NCBI GenBank assembly: GCA_010093705.1
Contig: MU006090.1
Coordinates: 1,515,817-1,579,816, forward strand
From: Patellaria atrata CBS 101060
Taxonomy: Eukaryota
Direction of reading: 5' to 3'
Length of the DNA: 64,000 bases
Shown here: positions 24,781 through 37,584 of the stretch, piece after piece
Layout: the number at the start of each line of letters is the position of its first letter
Position numbering within the stretch: position 1 is the first letter of the stretch
Notes under the pieces: generated by a model
What the model saw: only the letters and a program-made list of their open reading frames with translations
Databases searched by the model: none
Told to the model about the DNA's origin: nothing
Translations under genes and position numbers: made by a program

Positions 24781-27700
24781 ATGGCGCCTAATTACTACTC
24801 GTACTACAATTCATCGCAAGCGTCTCACAATCAATCGGATCAAACCCAGAATCATACGAAATACTCCAACAACACCCCCGCCACAGAGGCGGTACAATAC
24901 CAATATGCGCAACTATCGACGGCGCAAGCAGCGGGCTCACATCAGAACTACCATCGCCAGCAGAATTATCAACAAGATTATTCATGGGCCCCAAGCCATA
25001 GCTCAAATCAGGATGATACCAGTCACGGAAGGGTTGCTAACGCCGCGGAAGTACTGAGTAATATCAGTAACGCTGAAGGTGCAAGAGCCTCTGGCGTTAG
25101 AACGCCGAATCCAATCCAGCAGTATGGATACCAAGCTAATATCTCAACCTCATCATCCTACACACCACAGTCTGCCGATGTGGGTGTGACGAGTAATCAG
25201 TATCCGACCGGTCAAGCCCAGACTCAGCAGTCACACTCTGCTTATGACTCCTCTCATACTACCTACAGCAATAGTCATACTGCTTACTCTCAACGACCCG
25301 CCCGGACAAGTAGTGCCGATGTTAATACTATGCCCCACGAGCGTCAATCTCCTATCGTTGAGCATAACTCGGGACACGGGATACCCGCAAAGTCCGGGCC
25401 TCAGGCTGGCTTTGTACAAGCTGTAACAAACGCACAACATAGATCTGCGAGTCCCCTGCAACCTCGCGCCGCAAACAATACGCAACAATCTCAACATGTG
25501 CAAAAGGTGCAACAACGTCCAAACAGTACGGCACCACCAACGTGCAGTTACTCAAGTCATGTGCGGGCGCTTCCAAACGTTCTAGAGCAGCAGGCAACCT
25601 CTGCTGCCCCGCAGTATCAATATAACGATCGATCAAACGCAACTAGCAATGCGCAAGAGTTTAGCAATCCTGCTGTTACTGTTGATCCTAGTCAGGTGTA
25701 CGATCCTTGGCCGGAGTACCAACGGAAAGCAGAAGCGGACAGGGCTGCAAGAGCCGTCGCTGCAGCGAAAGCAGCGCAAGTTGCCGAAGAAGAAAGAAAG
25801 CGAGAAGAGGAACGTCAGGCGGCTATCGCCGCCACCCAAAAGGCTCAAGAGGCTGCTGACGCTGAGGCACGCCAAACATCAAGTGTCGAACAGGTGCGAG
25901 CACCGAAACAAAACAAACCGAAATCCAGTAAATCCACCAAACCCAAGGGCTCGAAGACACGGAAAACATTCAAAACGCCAGCTAATGATGCAGATACCTC
26001 GAAAGAGGATCTTGAGGCTCAGATGAGAGTTATGCTCGCCAAAATGAGGGAATTCAATCAAAAGGACCCTCAGCTGCTTGCAAAAATCTGGGATCAAGAA
26101 CGTCAAACTCTAAAAACCCAGCAGGGTGGTAGTTCCAAATCTCCACAACCGCCGCAAGTCGAACAGCGAGCGGCGGCTACTCAATCTCCTCAAATTCAAC
26201 ATCGACCAGCGCCCACGCAACCACCCAAAGCGGCACTTCGCACAAGCGGTTCAAACACAGTGTCGGCACCCGTCCCTAACCCTAGTGCTATTCCATCTGG
26301 TTCGAAGGTCAACTTATCGCCAACCCAGCCAAGTCCAAATTCCAATGCTGTCCCAATAACTGTAAAAGATACCAGAAAATCAACCACAGTAGGTACTATA
26401 TGGCCTCCTGAGAAGAAGGTGCATCTTGCGAAAGCAGCCAGCGAATGGCTCAACGCGCAAAAAGGTAATGAAAGCAAGCAGATCAGTGGGGACGAGATCT
26501 GTAAAATGTTAGACAGCAATCCAAGCTATATTGATCTTTGCGAAATTCTGGAGAAAATGGGCTTGACTCTGGAGAGAGCTGCATTCGCGCGGGCACTTCT
26601 TACTGCTGTACCTGATGTCAACTCCAGCGCCTCTTCGAAACCTAAGGCACACGCTAATCAACCCAATACTTCACTGACCCGGGCACCGCTCTCAGAGTCC
26701 GCACCTAACGGGATAAATACACCAAATTCGGTAAACAAGTTACATCCTTCGAACCACCTTCCGGTTCCAAAATCGGTTCCAACCTCATCTCAAGCACCAG
26801 CAAGTCAATATCCTCAGCCACCTACAGGCGCACATGAGAGCTCTTACTTCGCTGGAAAACCGACACAATCACCTTCAGAAGCAAGCATGCCTTCTGGAGG
26901 TGCCGTACGGCCACCCGTTCCAGACATGATCTCTCCAGCACAAGATCAGCAGAGGGTACGTGGGCCTGCGCGTCTAGCGCAGCTAGGTTCAAAGGAGAAA
27001 GCTGCGAGAAAAAGAACATTCAACGACATCGTTGATTTAACCGCGCTGTCTGATGAAGAGGAGCCTGAGCCAAAGAGGCCATTCCTTGGTCCGTCCGAAA
27101 CCCCTGTGGTTATAGCAAACGCACATTTACAGCAAAATTCTACACCACATTATCTACCGTTTCCAGTAATGCAAGATCACTTTCTCAATCCAAGTTCTGC
27201 ATTCGTACAATACCCACCGCAACTACACCGGCAGACTCCTGTCCCTTTACCTTCAACATATTTGACAATGCCAGCTACTACGCCAATTACACCGGATCGC
27301 TTTGAGAATGTGACTTTAGCGCAGCAGATAGACAGGAAGTTGGCTCTACGGCGATCCACTTACAACCCGAAGACGATAGCAAGAGATGTGCTACTAGCGA
27401 CCGGAAGACACCCAGAAATGCGCCCTCTCAACGGACATCTTGAAAATCTAAAAGAATCCTTTAGACAGGTTGACTATCGCTCAGATTTGAGCACTTTCAG
27501 ATGGGATCTAGTCGATCCAGGCGATCCTCCTCCGCCGGACCCTGCCGATGTTGTTGATGATGCCGATGACGAAGAAGATGACGATGACAACAACCCTATT
27601 GCACCTGCGCCTCGTCCGCTCAATCATTTACATCAACCTGTCGATGTTCATGTATCAGGAGTGTTAGTGCGGACCGTTACAAGTCCAAGCATTCATTCCT

Positions 27701-28735
27701 CATCAGGACCTAGAAAGCGAGGAAGACCACGTCGAGTCAGTTTACCAACAGGTAACAAATCTAGTGGAAGTAGGCAGAACACCCTTAGCAATTTGGGTTC
27801 CACGAATTCCAGTCCTAGTGGAATAGGATATTCCCAATTCCGCCAAGCTACTCTACCAGATGGTTCGCCAGCACCAAAGAAGAAGGGTCGTCCAATTGGG
27901 TGGCGGAAAGCAATTCATGGATCAGGGGCAGCCACATCTTGTACAACTTTACCTACGAGACCAAGTGGTCTCCGACATGAGACTACGGCCCGAACGGGGG
28001 ACGCCGGAGACACCAATAAACAAGAAGTCCTGAACCAGGAGAGACTTACCTACAAGGTCTACAAATGTAAGTGGAAGGGTTGCACAGCAGAACTCCACAA
28101 CATTGAGACTCTTAGGAAACATGTCCATAAATTGCACCTCAAACAAGCTGACCATGGTGGCTTCGATTGCCTTTGGGAAAACTGCGGAAGAAAGGTCAGA
28201 CTTTTCGACAAGCAGTCTGCAAAACATATTGAGAAACATGAGTATTTTGATTTTCCTGCTCCTGCAGATTGGCGCGTGCATATCGAGCAAGCACACATCA
28301 GCCCTCTGGCTTGGGCTCATGGCGATGGGCCCGCTGGTGGTTTGTCTGGTGAGACATATTCCCCTTTGGTCATATGATATGACATCACTAACAGACAACT
28401 CAGATGGCCGTGACTCTGAGATGTCAGAGGCATATCTGAGCGATTCCCGTGGTCGAAGGGTGACACCCACCGTTGCATTTCCCGCTCCAAGCCCTATATC
28501 GGCGCAGCCGAACACATCAGCCCGAGGACGTGGCCGACCACCGCTGCCGAAAAAGACAGACGAAGAGAAAGCTCAAGAAGCGCAGAGATCTATCCAAAAG
28601 AAGAAACGCGAGATAGGTCCAGGCGTAGATCGCAGTGGTGCTACTCTAGCAACAGAGAAGAGAAGGCTTGGTTTTATAGATGACGAGGATGACACAGATA
28701 TCGTGGAGGATGCGGACGTCGCTAGTCCTACGTAG
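24781..28735 (+). CDS. Large low-complexity nuclear protein with AT-hook-like motifs and a C-terminal C2H2-type zinc finger; intron ~28349-28403
   Basis: 1198-aa ORF plus a spliced terminal exon. Motifs RKRGRPRR, KKKGRPIGW, RGRGRPP; CKWKGC...HVHKLH followed by CLWENC...H; globular block RRSTYNPKTIARDVLLATGRHPEMRPLN. Confidence 0.85.
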
Positions 28736-29301
28736 AAAGCGTGGTAAAATTCCGGCAAGTAGGGAGTTAAGAGGGGCTTATAGATTGTTCTTAGGCAATG
28801 CTGCTGGCGTTGGTCTACTGGTTCCTATCGTCATAGGATAGACTCTTGGTAGTGACAGATAAGGAGGTTCTTCCTTTTTTCAAGTTCTTATTCAAGCGAT
28901 AGATCACGGTTGAAAAAGGGGAGATGGTAGGGCATGTGCAGAAGCTTTTGCACGATTTTGCCTTCTAAACTATATAAACTCGATAATAATACATAGAACC
29001 TCGCTCGGACCTTTCGCTCCTTTAATGTAAACCGTGAAATTGAAGAAATCCTGCGGTCGGATTGTCGACCTAGAAACACCAGATTGTCGCGACTGCCAAA
29101 AGCGGAATAGTCGTGTATCGCGAGGTCGGAGGACAAGGGTAAACAAATGCTTCCCATCTCAAACTAGTTCACATCTAATGTCACAAGACACCAATACTCT
29201 TCTATGACATATCCTGTACAGCTTCTTTCTTCATAAAAGTTTACCTTGTACGCTTAATATCAGCAACGACAAATATATCTATCTTAACTTAGCATGCGAT
29301 C

Positions 29302-30548
29302 ATGGTACGTACACTCCTCGAGCCCGTACCGGTTTTACTCGTTATGTATCACAGTGCAAGCCCTTACCAAATTGATAGAACTCCAAGTCCCTTCGTCGCC
29401 TTGCCGGAGATCATGCTCATCTGCACGCGCATGGTCTCCCTCCTTCTTACCTATGGCCTCCAGAATCCTCGAATCCCGCCCAGGCAGCCAGCGACGATCT
29501 GACGACTCTCTCCGTTCTACTCGCCGGTCCCGAAGGAACGCCTTATGCGGCAGGCCTTTTCCAGCTATCTCTCTCAATACCGCCGACGTACCCTACAAAT
29601 CCTCCGACAGCAAACTTTAAGACGCGGATATGGCATCCGAACGTTGACGAGAACACCGGCGCCATCTGCGTTGAGACTTTAAAAAGAGACTGGGACGCGA
29701 AATTAACCCTGCGACATGTGCTACTTACAATTTTCTGCCTGTTGGTCCAGCCGAATCCGGACAGTGCGCTTAATGCGGAAAGTGGACGGTTGCTAGTCGA
29801 GGATTTCGCCGCTTGGGAGCGTAGAGCGAAGCTTATGACTAATATCCACGCCGGTGTGCCGAAAGAACTGAAGGCTGCAGTAACCGAGGCGAGGACTAGA
29901 GGGGAGGAAAAGGAGAAGGTGAAGGAGAGTTCGGAGGGGAATAAGGACAAAGGAAAGGCACTCCCAGTCGAGGCTGCAGCATCGAATAAGGCGAAGAGAA
30001 AAGCAGATGTCACCATGATGGATGTCGAGGAAGAAGAGAATGTTGAACAACCAGGTCTTAGGAGACGACGAACAAACAGCTCGTCGGCGTCAAGAGCATC
30101 AAGCGATTGGGTACCGGCACCAGCAGCTCTTGCTGATCCTTTTGGCTCCAAAGAAGATAACATCTTTGGGATTCACACGGAGTTGTCGAACAGTACCGCG
30201 AGTTCGAGTTCGTCGAGGATTGATGGACAACAGTTTACATTGTCCTTCCCCATGAGTGCTCACGAACGCTTCACATTCCGCTCTCCTATAACAACACCAA
30301 GCCGCCAACCGATGGCCTCAGAGCTGAATATCTCCAATAAGCTGCCACTGAATCAAACACCGCCTCCAAAGACGCCTTCCAAATCTGAATCCATTATAAC
30401 ATTCTCATGGCTAAAAGCGTCACCTAGTGATGGAGATCCGAGAGAGAGGGAACGTGCCGAGAAGAAAATATACAAGGCTGCAGGCTATTGTCTTACGAAG
30501 TACAACAAAGGCCATTTTGGTCCTCGAACTGGTCTGAGAAGACTGTGA
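29302..30548 (+). CDS. Ubiquitin-conjugating enzyme E2 (UBE2S-like) with a C-terminal extension; ATG-only first exon, intron 29305-29378
   Basis: M|NSKSLRRLAGDH...GPEGTPYAAGLF...YPTNPP...FKTRIWHPNVDENTGAICVETLKRDW...PNPDSALNAE, with the HPN motif and catalytic Cys. Confidence 0.9.
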
Positions 30549-31037
30549 GGCGTCTTTGCACGGTTCAGCGAATCTATTGTTTCTGGGTGTGGGGGAGCGT
30601 TGCATAGCGATGGTGTTACATACCCCTTTATGAATCACGATCCGACATAGCTTACTTTGGGTAGCCTAGTATGATGAGCGTACTGTTTTACTCCACCTTC
30701 ACATCAATACAAGTTTTTGAGTATTATTATGTGCCTAAACTTGCGATTAGGGAATCTCTCCGACACCTTTGAATCCACATCTGTGTATAACCACATCCGC
30801 AGAGCAATCGAAAGCCACGGAACTCTTTCTCTTTCTAATTCTATATTCCTATCTCATTTAGTCTTAAACACTCCTAGGACTAAGGTATATGAAGGAATGC
30901 TCCCCTGTCCATGACTCACTAGCCTCTTGTCACCGCAGTTAGCGCTATGCACAATTATTACACCAGTCATATCTCTTACTCTATATACCCAATATCCCAC
31001 CCTCTTCTTTACCAAAATCCCAAGCACATCAGAAACC

Positions 31038-31703
31038 ATGCCCACAATCCCCACCCTTCCCCCCGAACTCACCCTCCTAATCATCTCCCACCTCCACCCA
31101 TCCTCCTTCGTCTCCTTCGCCAAAACCTGTCGCGCAAACTACATCCTCTGCCTCTCCTCCCCCCTGTCCCAGCGCAATCTCTCCCACTACCGCACCCACG
31201 CCCCCATCTGGACACACATTCCCTCCCAATACCCCCCGCACTACCAATGGTGGGGCCTATTCGACCTCCTGACCCAACTCATAGAAGCCCCGGAATTAGG
31301 CGCATACGTGGTGCGCTGTGAGTTCGAGGAACCGATGCCGCTTGATGCGTTCGAGCTAGATGGGAGTTATGCCGATTATGATAACTATGGGCGGTGGGGG
31401 AGGGATAGGGTGAGGGTGTTGATCGAGGTTGTTGAGGAGATGGAGGATTTGGGCCGGGGGGTTAGGGAGGGGATTGTGCAGGCTTTGAGGGAGGCGAGGG
31501 AGAAAGAGGAGGAGTCGCCGTTGGTTAGGGCGTTGGTTCTCTTGATGCCGGGGTTGAGGGGGTTGGTGGTGGATGGGGAGGTGCTTGAGATTAAGAAGAA
31601 GTTGGGGACGACTGTTTTAAGGAGAAAGGGCCGGAAGGGAGGGGGGGGGGGTTTGAGGGATCGGGTAGAACTGGGTTATTGGGTCGTACAGATGGGTGGA
31701 TGA
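31038..31703 (+). CDS. Short F-box-like protein, paralog 1 (intact ORF)
   Basis: MPTIPTLPPELTLLIISHLHPSSFVSFAKTCRANY (F-box-like LPxE pattern); family C-terminal motif LLMPGLRGLVVDG. Confidence 0.75.
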   Translation: MPTIPTLPPELTLLIISHLHPSSFVSFAKTCRANYILCLSSPLSQRNLSHYRTHAPIWTHIPSQYPPHYQWWGLFDLLTQLIEAPELGAYVVRCEFEEPMPLDAFELDGSYADYDNYGRWGRDRVRVLIEVVEEMEDLGRGVREGIVQALREAREKEEESPLVRALVLLMPGLRGLVVDGEVLEIKKKLGTTVLRRKGRKGGGGGLRDRVELGYWVVQMGG

Positions 31704-31855
31704 TTTAAAATCACTGGACCGTACCAAAATCACTGGCTCGTACAAACCATACTGGTATGACGAGAACTTTAGAGCACGATGGAACGTACAATATCAGTGG
31801 ACCTTACAATGGCCCAGATGTCACCGCGCGCTCGCAGTACGTGTAGACATACGGA

Positions 31856-33153
31856 TCAAGCAAGGCCGATCGCCGTCTTGACCCAAGGCTCAAACACATC
31901 CACTCCCCACTTCCCCAAGCGCCGAAAGACCGCGACGATGCAATAGATCCTTATCAGGTCCGAAGTGTCACCTATACTCATGTTGGCCTGAAGGATTTTC
32001 TAACGGCGTTAGTATCCGAGAACGGGGTCCCGAGGACGTGAACATACGATGTGGTTACCATAATCAACAGCAAAATAAAGGTGCCAGTTATGATTTAGCA
32101 CAATGATGACAGGAATGGCCATTATTCTCTCGCTCATGCCAAGCACTTATACAGACGCCGAGTTGAACGCGGGCCTCTTCCTCACTTCCATTGACTTTTA
32201 CTTCAATAGGTATGATCGTGGGGTTTTCGCAAAGTGGTCCATAGAGCGACTGGTTGACAGTATTAAGATGACTTGGTTGAGCCCGTAGCCAATCGGAAAG
32301 CGATGCTTCATCAACAGATTGTAAGACAAGGTTAACAGCGAAGTCGACTAGACGAGCATCGGAATATCGGCCGCCGGTCCTTAGAAGGATCTCTGCGATA
32401 GGGACAGTATGAGATCAAAAGGTCAGCAATGTGTATTCCGTGATGGATTTCAATCCTATATCAGAGCATACATTTGGTCAGGTTGTATTTGAGGCTGTGC
32501 GCGGAAAGCCCAATATAATATCGGCCACTGTACCGAGCAGTACCACTGAGACTCATGGGACCCAGTAGTAGATAATCTAGTAGCCTTCGATTTTACATCC
32601 TTCATAGCGATCAATTCCGCAACTAGGTCGGAATCGTCACGATCCGTCGTATATTCCCAACGTGGTTTTATCACATTGCATTCAATATATTTCTGCGCAG
32701 TCAGCCTAGGTAATGTACATGTCAACATTGGAATTTACCATCATCTTTGCTGGTACTATACCGCTATGATCACACAGTGCGTCCAGATCATCAACAAGTT
32801 CATGTGGCTCTGGAGGTAGGTTCTGTTTCGTCTCCATGGTTCCGTACCTCACAGGCTTATTTAAGAGTCTCAAGTCCTTGTATGATTTGACTGGGGCTCT
32901 TTGCCCTGGTCGATCCAGACTTAACAGACGCAGACGTGACAGACACCCGGTCTCTGCTGAACTCAGTGGTGTTAGACGCAGTATTAGAAGCGGTACTGGA
33001 TTGGGGAGGTTGACCCAATGTATCAATGTACGCGAAATTTGGCGGAGGGTTTGAGGGTAAGGGCGTTTAGGTTCAACAGTGGGCGACCTCTTGATTGCGT
33101 GCAAAATCTGGCTGCTCGGCCAGCCAGGCCCAGATGACAGGTGAGTATACCAT
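31856..33153 (-). pseudogene. Disrupted fungal PD-(D/E)XK nuclease-like gene
   Basis: Reconstructed pieces: PVKSYKDLRLLNKPVRY...SGIVP | AELIAMKDVKSKA...HESQWYCSVQWPIL | RLVDFAVNL...TVNQSLYGPLCENPTIIPIEVK...EARVQLGVCISAWHER, frameshift, IPVIIVLNHNWHLYFAVD | IGDTSDLIRIYCIVAVFRRLGKWG...FEPW. Frameshifts near 33090 and 32125; one intron acceptor appears lost. Confidence 0.8.
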
Positions 33154-34261
33154 TAGACGAGAGATGGTTGCAGGTAGGTTGCACGAAGTCGCAGCTCGAT
33201 GAAATGTTGGATATACGGAGGGAGGGAACTCGATTGTTTGTTGTTTCGTAGAGTTGGTGTACGGAATGATCCCGTTTCTACGGCTTAGATTAAGCTTGCT
33301 AGCCCAGGGTTTGACCTCCTCTTATTATTATATTGTTGTTTGTTGTTTATTATTGGAGGTTGGGACTATAAGGACGGCCCGCGATTTCGGTAACGATCAC
33401 CCCAAGATTTTCTCAGGGATCATCCACCAGTTCTGCGACTATTCCTGACTAGATCTAGTGTTTATTTTTAGGAATTGACGTACCTTAATGCCTTATTATT
33501 TACCTTACCGCCGCTCGTTTTAAACACCAGTTAGTAGGCAGGATGCCGTACGGTAAGGAGTAACAACTCGGCTGACCTAAGGTGTATAGCTATAGACAGC
33601 GGAAGCTAGTGCTACGGTAGTAATTACCCTTCATCTTGTCTAGATGAAACTAACTCAGCTATTTAGTCTATCTACTCGGACGTTAACGCTTTTAGTCGAG
33701 TAAGCAGTTGGCTTTTACTGAGCAATCCATATTGCTCAAAGATGGCATCAGATGCAGACAAACTCCCGATTTAGAATGTTATCACAACTGAGTTCCATCT
33801 TGACCACTGTGTGCAACACCTCCTAAAACCCGGCGGCAAGATGTACAGTACACTATCTATTTTCATCTGTTTAAAATCTTAGGATTCGACGAATTCAAAC
33901 TGACTTGATGAGCCATTTTAGAACCTCTGAACAAAATTGAGATGGTACATCGCAGCACTTTATTATACCGGAGCTATTATAACGTCTTGAAACACATTGG
34001 GGAAGAGGCAAACTTCATCAAACGGTAGAAGTTTCCCCGCTACAAAACCCCAAGCGATTGAGAAAGATCCAACACATTAGACGGATAATGAACAACCGGA
34101 AGCAAGAATGCGATGATCTTCATTGTTACCGGTGACCTAAGAACAGACACAGGAACAAACCGTAGCACTGAACTCCTCAGGTAAAGCTTACGCAACCGAA
34201 CTACTAATCCTCTTCAGGTAAATAAGGGATATGTTTTTCTAGACTCACGCTCATTCGCGCT

Positions 34262-34817
34262 CTAAAGCCCATCAAAAACCCGTAATCTCCCCTCGAGAGT
34301 TTCCCTAGATTCAGGGGAAACCTCAATCACCCTCCCATCCACCACAACCTTCCTAATCCCCGGTAGCAGTACAGCAAACCACTTCCAAAACAGCCTCTGC
34401 GCCATCTTAATCACAGCCTCAACTACCGCCTTCCCAAGCAGGCTCTTCTCCTCCTTCGTCTAAGGATATTCCTCTGTGAACGCATAGAGCTTTGTCGCTT
34501 CAAACATGCTGAGCTCAGCATTCTGTGTCTTGAGTTCAAGCCGCTCGGCCCACTCGCCGACAGGGAAGGTGCAAAAAGTGGCGAAAAACTGTGAAATTGA
34601 CCATGTCTCGGGCAGGGACGACACCCGGACCGAGTTGAACTGCTGGGCGTACAAGTTATAGGCGGCCTTGGGCTTGTCCCAGTCCTTGTGCGACGTACAC
34701 AGGGCGTATTGCCCTTTAGAGTTTAGAGGTCCGGGCGAAGGAGATAAAAGAGCGGGGATGAAGAGGTGTTATTATTTGGAAGAGGAATTCGAAAGGAAGG
34801 TCTTGCAGATTCGGCAT
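34262..34817 (-). pseudogene. F-box-like paralog 2, disabled by a 7-bp tandem duplication and a premature TAG
   Basis: MPNLQDLPFEFLFQIITPLHPRSFISFARTSK; TTTAGAG duplicated at 34715-34728; in-frame TAG at 34460-34462; downstream LFWKWFAVLLPGIRKVVVDGRVIEV family motif. Confidence 0.85.
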
Positions 34818-35719
34818 GGTTCAAGTTTAGGGCCTGAGGGATCTAAAAATTGTTGAATCTTGTTTATTGTCTATATGCGGGTTCCTTTTAGTAGGAGTCA
34901 TGGAGACTAAATACACTGCTTTGTGAACAAAAAAAAAACTCCGGTCTTAGCAAGAAAACACGCTGAGCACTATCACTTGAGTATTAATAGCGAGGGGGGA
35001 AAAACATGGTGGATTACCTGTTACGCCCAGTCACTACTCCGTCAGTAGCCAGCGAGGGCTGTAAGCTGAGGGAAACTTCCAAACTTGAGCTGTTTGCAGT
35101 GGATATCCATCTACGCTGAAGCAGGGAGGAGTAGCCAGCACGTAGGCTCCTCGCTACCAGCCAGCTGGTCTACATCTGTTGCGCCTTTGTGGGTGTTTTG
35201 ATTCGCCCTTCTCCTCGTTAACTGGATGTATATCCGCGTCGTCTATGCTCCGTTTTACCTGCGACTGCCTTGCGTACCGAAACCTATAGGAGATATCTGT
35301 TTATCTTAGATGCTCTATTTGGACGTCCTATCCCCCTATCTAATATAATAGTTATATACGATTTGGATTTGATTTAATGCTTCGTGCGGAGGCGTGGTAG
35401 GTAGAGTGGTACGTGTACGGTGCCGTATACCCTGCCGACTGGAGCGTCTGGATAGGGCTATCCGATAAAGCTTACCTTAAGCTCGATAGTCGTAACTTGC
35501 AGTCTGTGCTCTGAAAATGAGGCTGTAGTACTAAAATATTACTACTGAGAGCGGACAGAACCAGATAATGCCAAGTCCCGAATCAGTCGATTCTCCTCAG
35601 GAGTCTCTCCTCGTCATTGCGAGTTCTCAGTAAGAGATTCCCTCGTTAGAAGTTCTGGAAAGCTGATTTCAAAGGTAGGAAAGTATTGCGTTGGCCTTTC
35701 CCAGCAGTTTCGATCGGAC

Positions 35720-36150
35720 TGCGTACCCGCTTTCAACATAACGCTCGTTTTAGGAATAATATCAAAAATCTTTCCCACGTACTTTAACTTCCTCAATCTC
35801 AAGAACATGGCGACTAACACTTCCACAGCGATCTCTTCCTATCCAAGATCATCGCGTCACCCAGTGAGCTTCGAAACATCCACTTCTCCTTCCCCATGAA
35901 TCTCAACTAAGGGAGTAGATTAGGGGACTCGAGAGCAGGCCCAATGGCCAAATTAACTACGCCTGAGAGGATTTCCCGAGCTATTCTGCGTCGAAGATGC
36001 GCCACGAGCGCTTCTCAAGGGGAAAACACGTAATGCTAGCCAAAGGCCTCGTTCTTTCGGTAATAGGACAGTTTGTCTTCGCATACGGGATGCTGGGAGG
36101 CGCAGAGCGCGTTCGATGTTTAGGAGGGAGAGCTCAGTTGGGAGCGAACG
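35720..36150 (-). pseudogene. Heavily decayed F-box-like paralog 3
   Basis: Fragments in shifting frames: RSLPTELSLLNIE, DKLSYYRKN, SLWKC/VAMFLRLRKLKYVGK. They match the family N-terminal, middle and C-terminal blocks in order. Confidence 0.6.
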
Positions 36151-36379
36151 GTCGTTTTGACTTGTTCCAAACTGTTCCCATCTCTACCAACAAAAAATAC
36201 TTAACATACAAGGAATCCTCTCTGGAAGTTGAGTCTTCTTCAGCTACTTGTTCTACTCCGGTAGTACGTACGTGAATGTGGGCGCGTAGGATTAAAGACT
36301 CCTAATAAGCCGTGGATTACTAGAAACTCGGATTAGGTTGAAGTAAGAACTAGAGTAGAACTTATTGTATCGTCAATAA

Positions 36380-36979
36380 TCATAGAATCCCAGTGCGTTG
36401 CAACTTGTCTACTAATAGGTTCTCCGTATGGGTAACCTTGATCCTTTTCCCATCCACCACTAACTCCCTCAGTCCCAGTAAAAGGACCACCACACACTTC
36501 CACAACGGCGTCTCCCTATTCGTGTCTAATGATTCCATCGGTGCACTCTCAAAAATCTCCTCGCTCGGCCATACTTCATCCATGTCTTCATCGTTATACA
36601 CGTCTCTGATATTGACCGAATTGAGACACGTTTGTGGGCTCCTTAACTGTAAGTACATCACGTACTCCCGCAACTCTAAGTTGTGTAGAAGTGCATTAAG
36701 GAGCTGGAGAATGCCATAACATTTCTGGGGAGCGAAATTATACTCGAGGCCGCGACATCCTTCTCTGGCATTGACTATGCCAGGGTATTCTGATATGCAT
36801 GTCCAAACTGATGCATTTTTCCGATAATGCGCACGTTTGGATTTGCAGATGAGGCACTCTGGAGTACAGAGGGTATAATGGCGTCTGCTGGTTTGTGCGA
36901 AGGAGACGAACTTTCGGAGGTGGAGGTGTGAGATAATAAGTAGGAGCAGTTCTGTGGGTAAACGTTCCAGTGTAGCCAT
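36380..36979 (-). CDS. Short F-box-like protein, paralog 4 (intact 199-aa ORF)
   Basis: MATLERLPTELLLLIISHLHLRKFVSFAQTSRRHYTLC...HYRKNASVWT...ELREYV...PLWKCVVVLLLGLRELVVDG. Confidence 0.78.
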   Translation of the reverse strand: MATLERLPTELLLLIISHLHLRKFVSFAQTSRRHYTLCTPECLICKSKRAHYRKNASVWTCISEYPGIVNAREGCRGLEYNFAPQKCYGILQLLNALLHNLELREYVMYLQLRSPQTCLNSVNIRDVYNDEDMDEVWPSEEIFESAPMESLDTNRETPLWKCVVVLLLGLRELVVDGKRIKVTHTENLLVDKLQRTGIL

Positions 36980-37059
36980 GATAGGGGTTAGTACTCTTTG
37001 ATGAAGATGCTCGGAATATAGTTCTAGGGGAGCCTTGGCAGTTTTAATAAGCAGGATCT

Positions 37060-37579
37060 ACGGTACCAAGCTCTCCTTAGAGTCAGGAGTAATCCAATAT
37101 CACCACTCCTCCCCTCCACCACCAACTCCTCCAAACCGGTAAGAAGTGAAGCAGACACCTCCAAAGCGAAAAATCCTTGCCCTCCTGACCGATCTCCAAA
37201 AGCATATTTATCAGGCTGCGTTCCATTTTGAATAGTTCGCGCCCTTCGGGCCCAGTAACTCTAAATAATCCACATAGACGCTCAACTCGGGGTTTCGTAG
37301 CAGTAGAATAATCAATTCGTGAGTGCCCCGCCTCAGTACGTCGTTTCCTAGGGGCACTGTTGGAGCTTCGTTGGATTTCAGGTATTGCGTTATGCAGGTC
37401 CAGCGAGGAGCGCGAATGCGGTAATGTGGGAGTTTGCTGACGGGGGCCGGGAAGGAGCTTTTACAGAGTGCATAGTGACGTTTATTGGTCTGGGCGAAGG
37501 AGATGAAGTAGCGGGGGGGAAGAAGTTCGAGGATTAGGAGGAGGAGGAGCTCGGTGGGAAGAGTTTCGAGTGTCGGCAT
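37060..37579 (-). pseudogene. F-box-like paralog 5, truncated by stops at 37208-37213, C-terminal motif out of frame
   Basis: MPTLETLPTELLLLILELLPPRYFISFAQTNKRHYALC...HYRIRAPRWT...NPELSVYV, then TGA TAA, then SLWRCL and frameshifted LTGLEELVVEG. Confidence 0.75.
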
Positions 37580-37584
37580 AATAG

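Noticed and set aside
29543..30163. 206-aa minus-strand ORF
   Set aside because: It is antisense to the E2 coding sequence.
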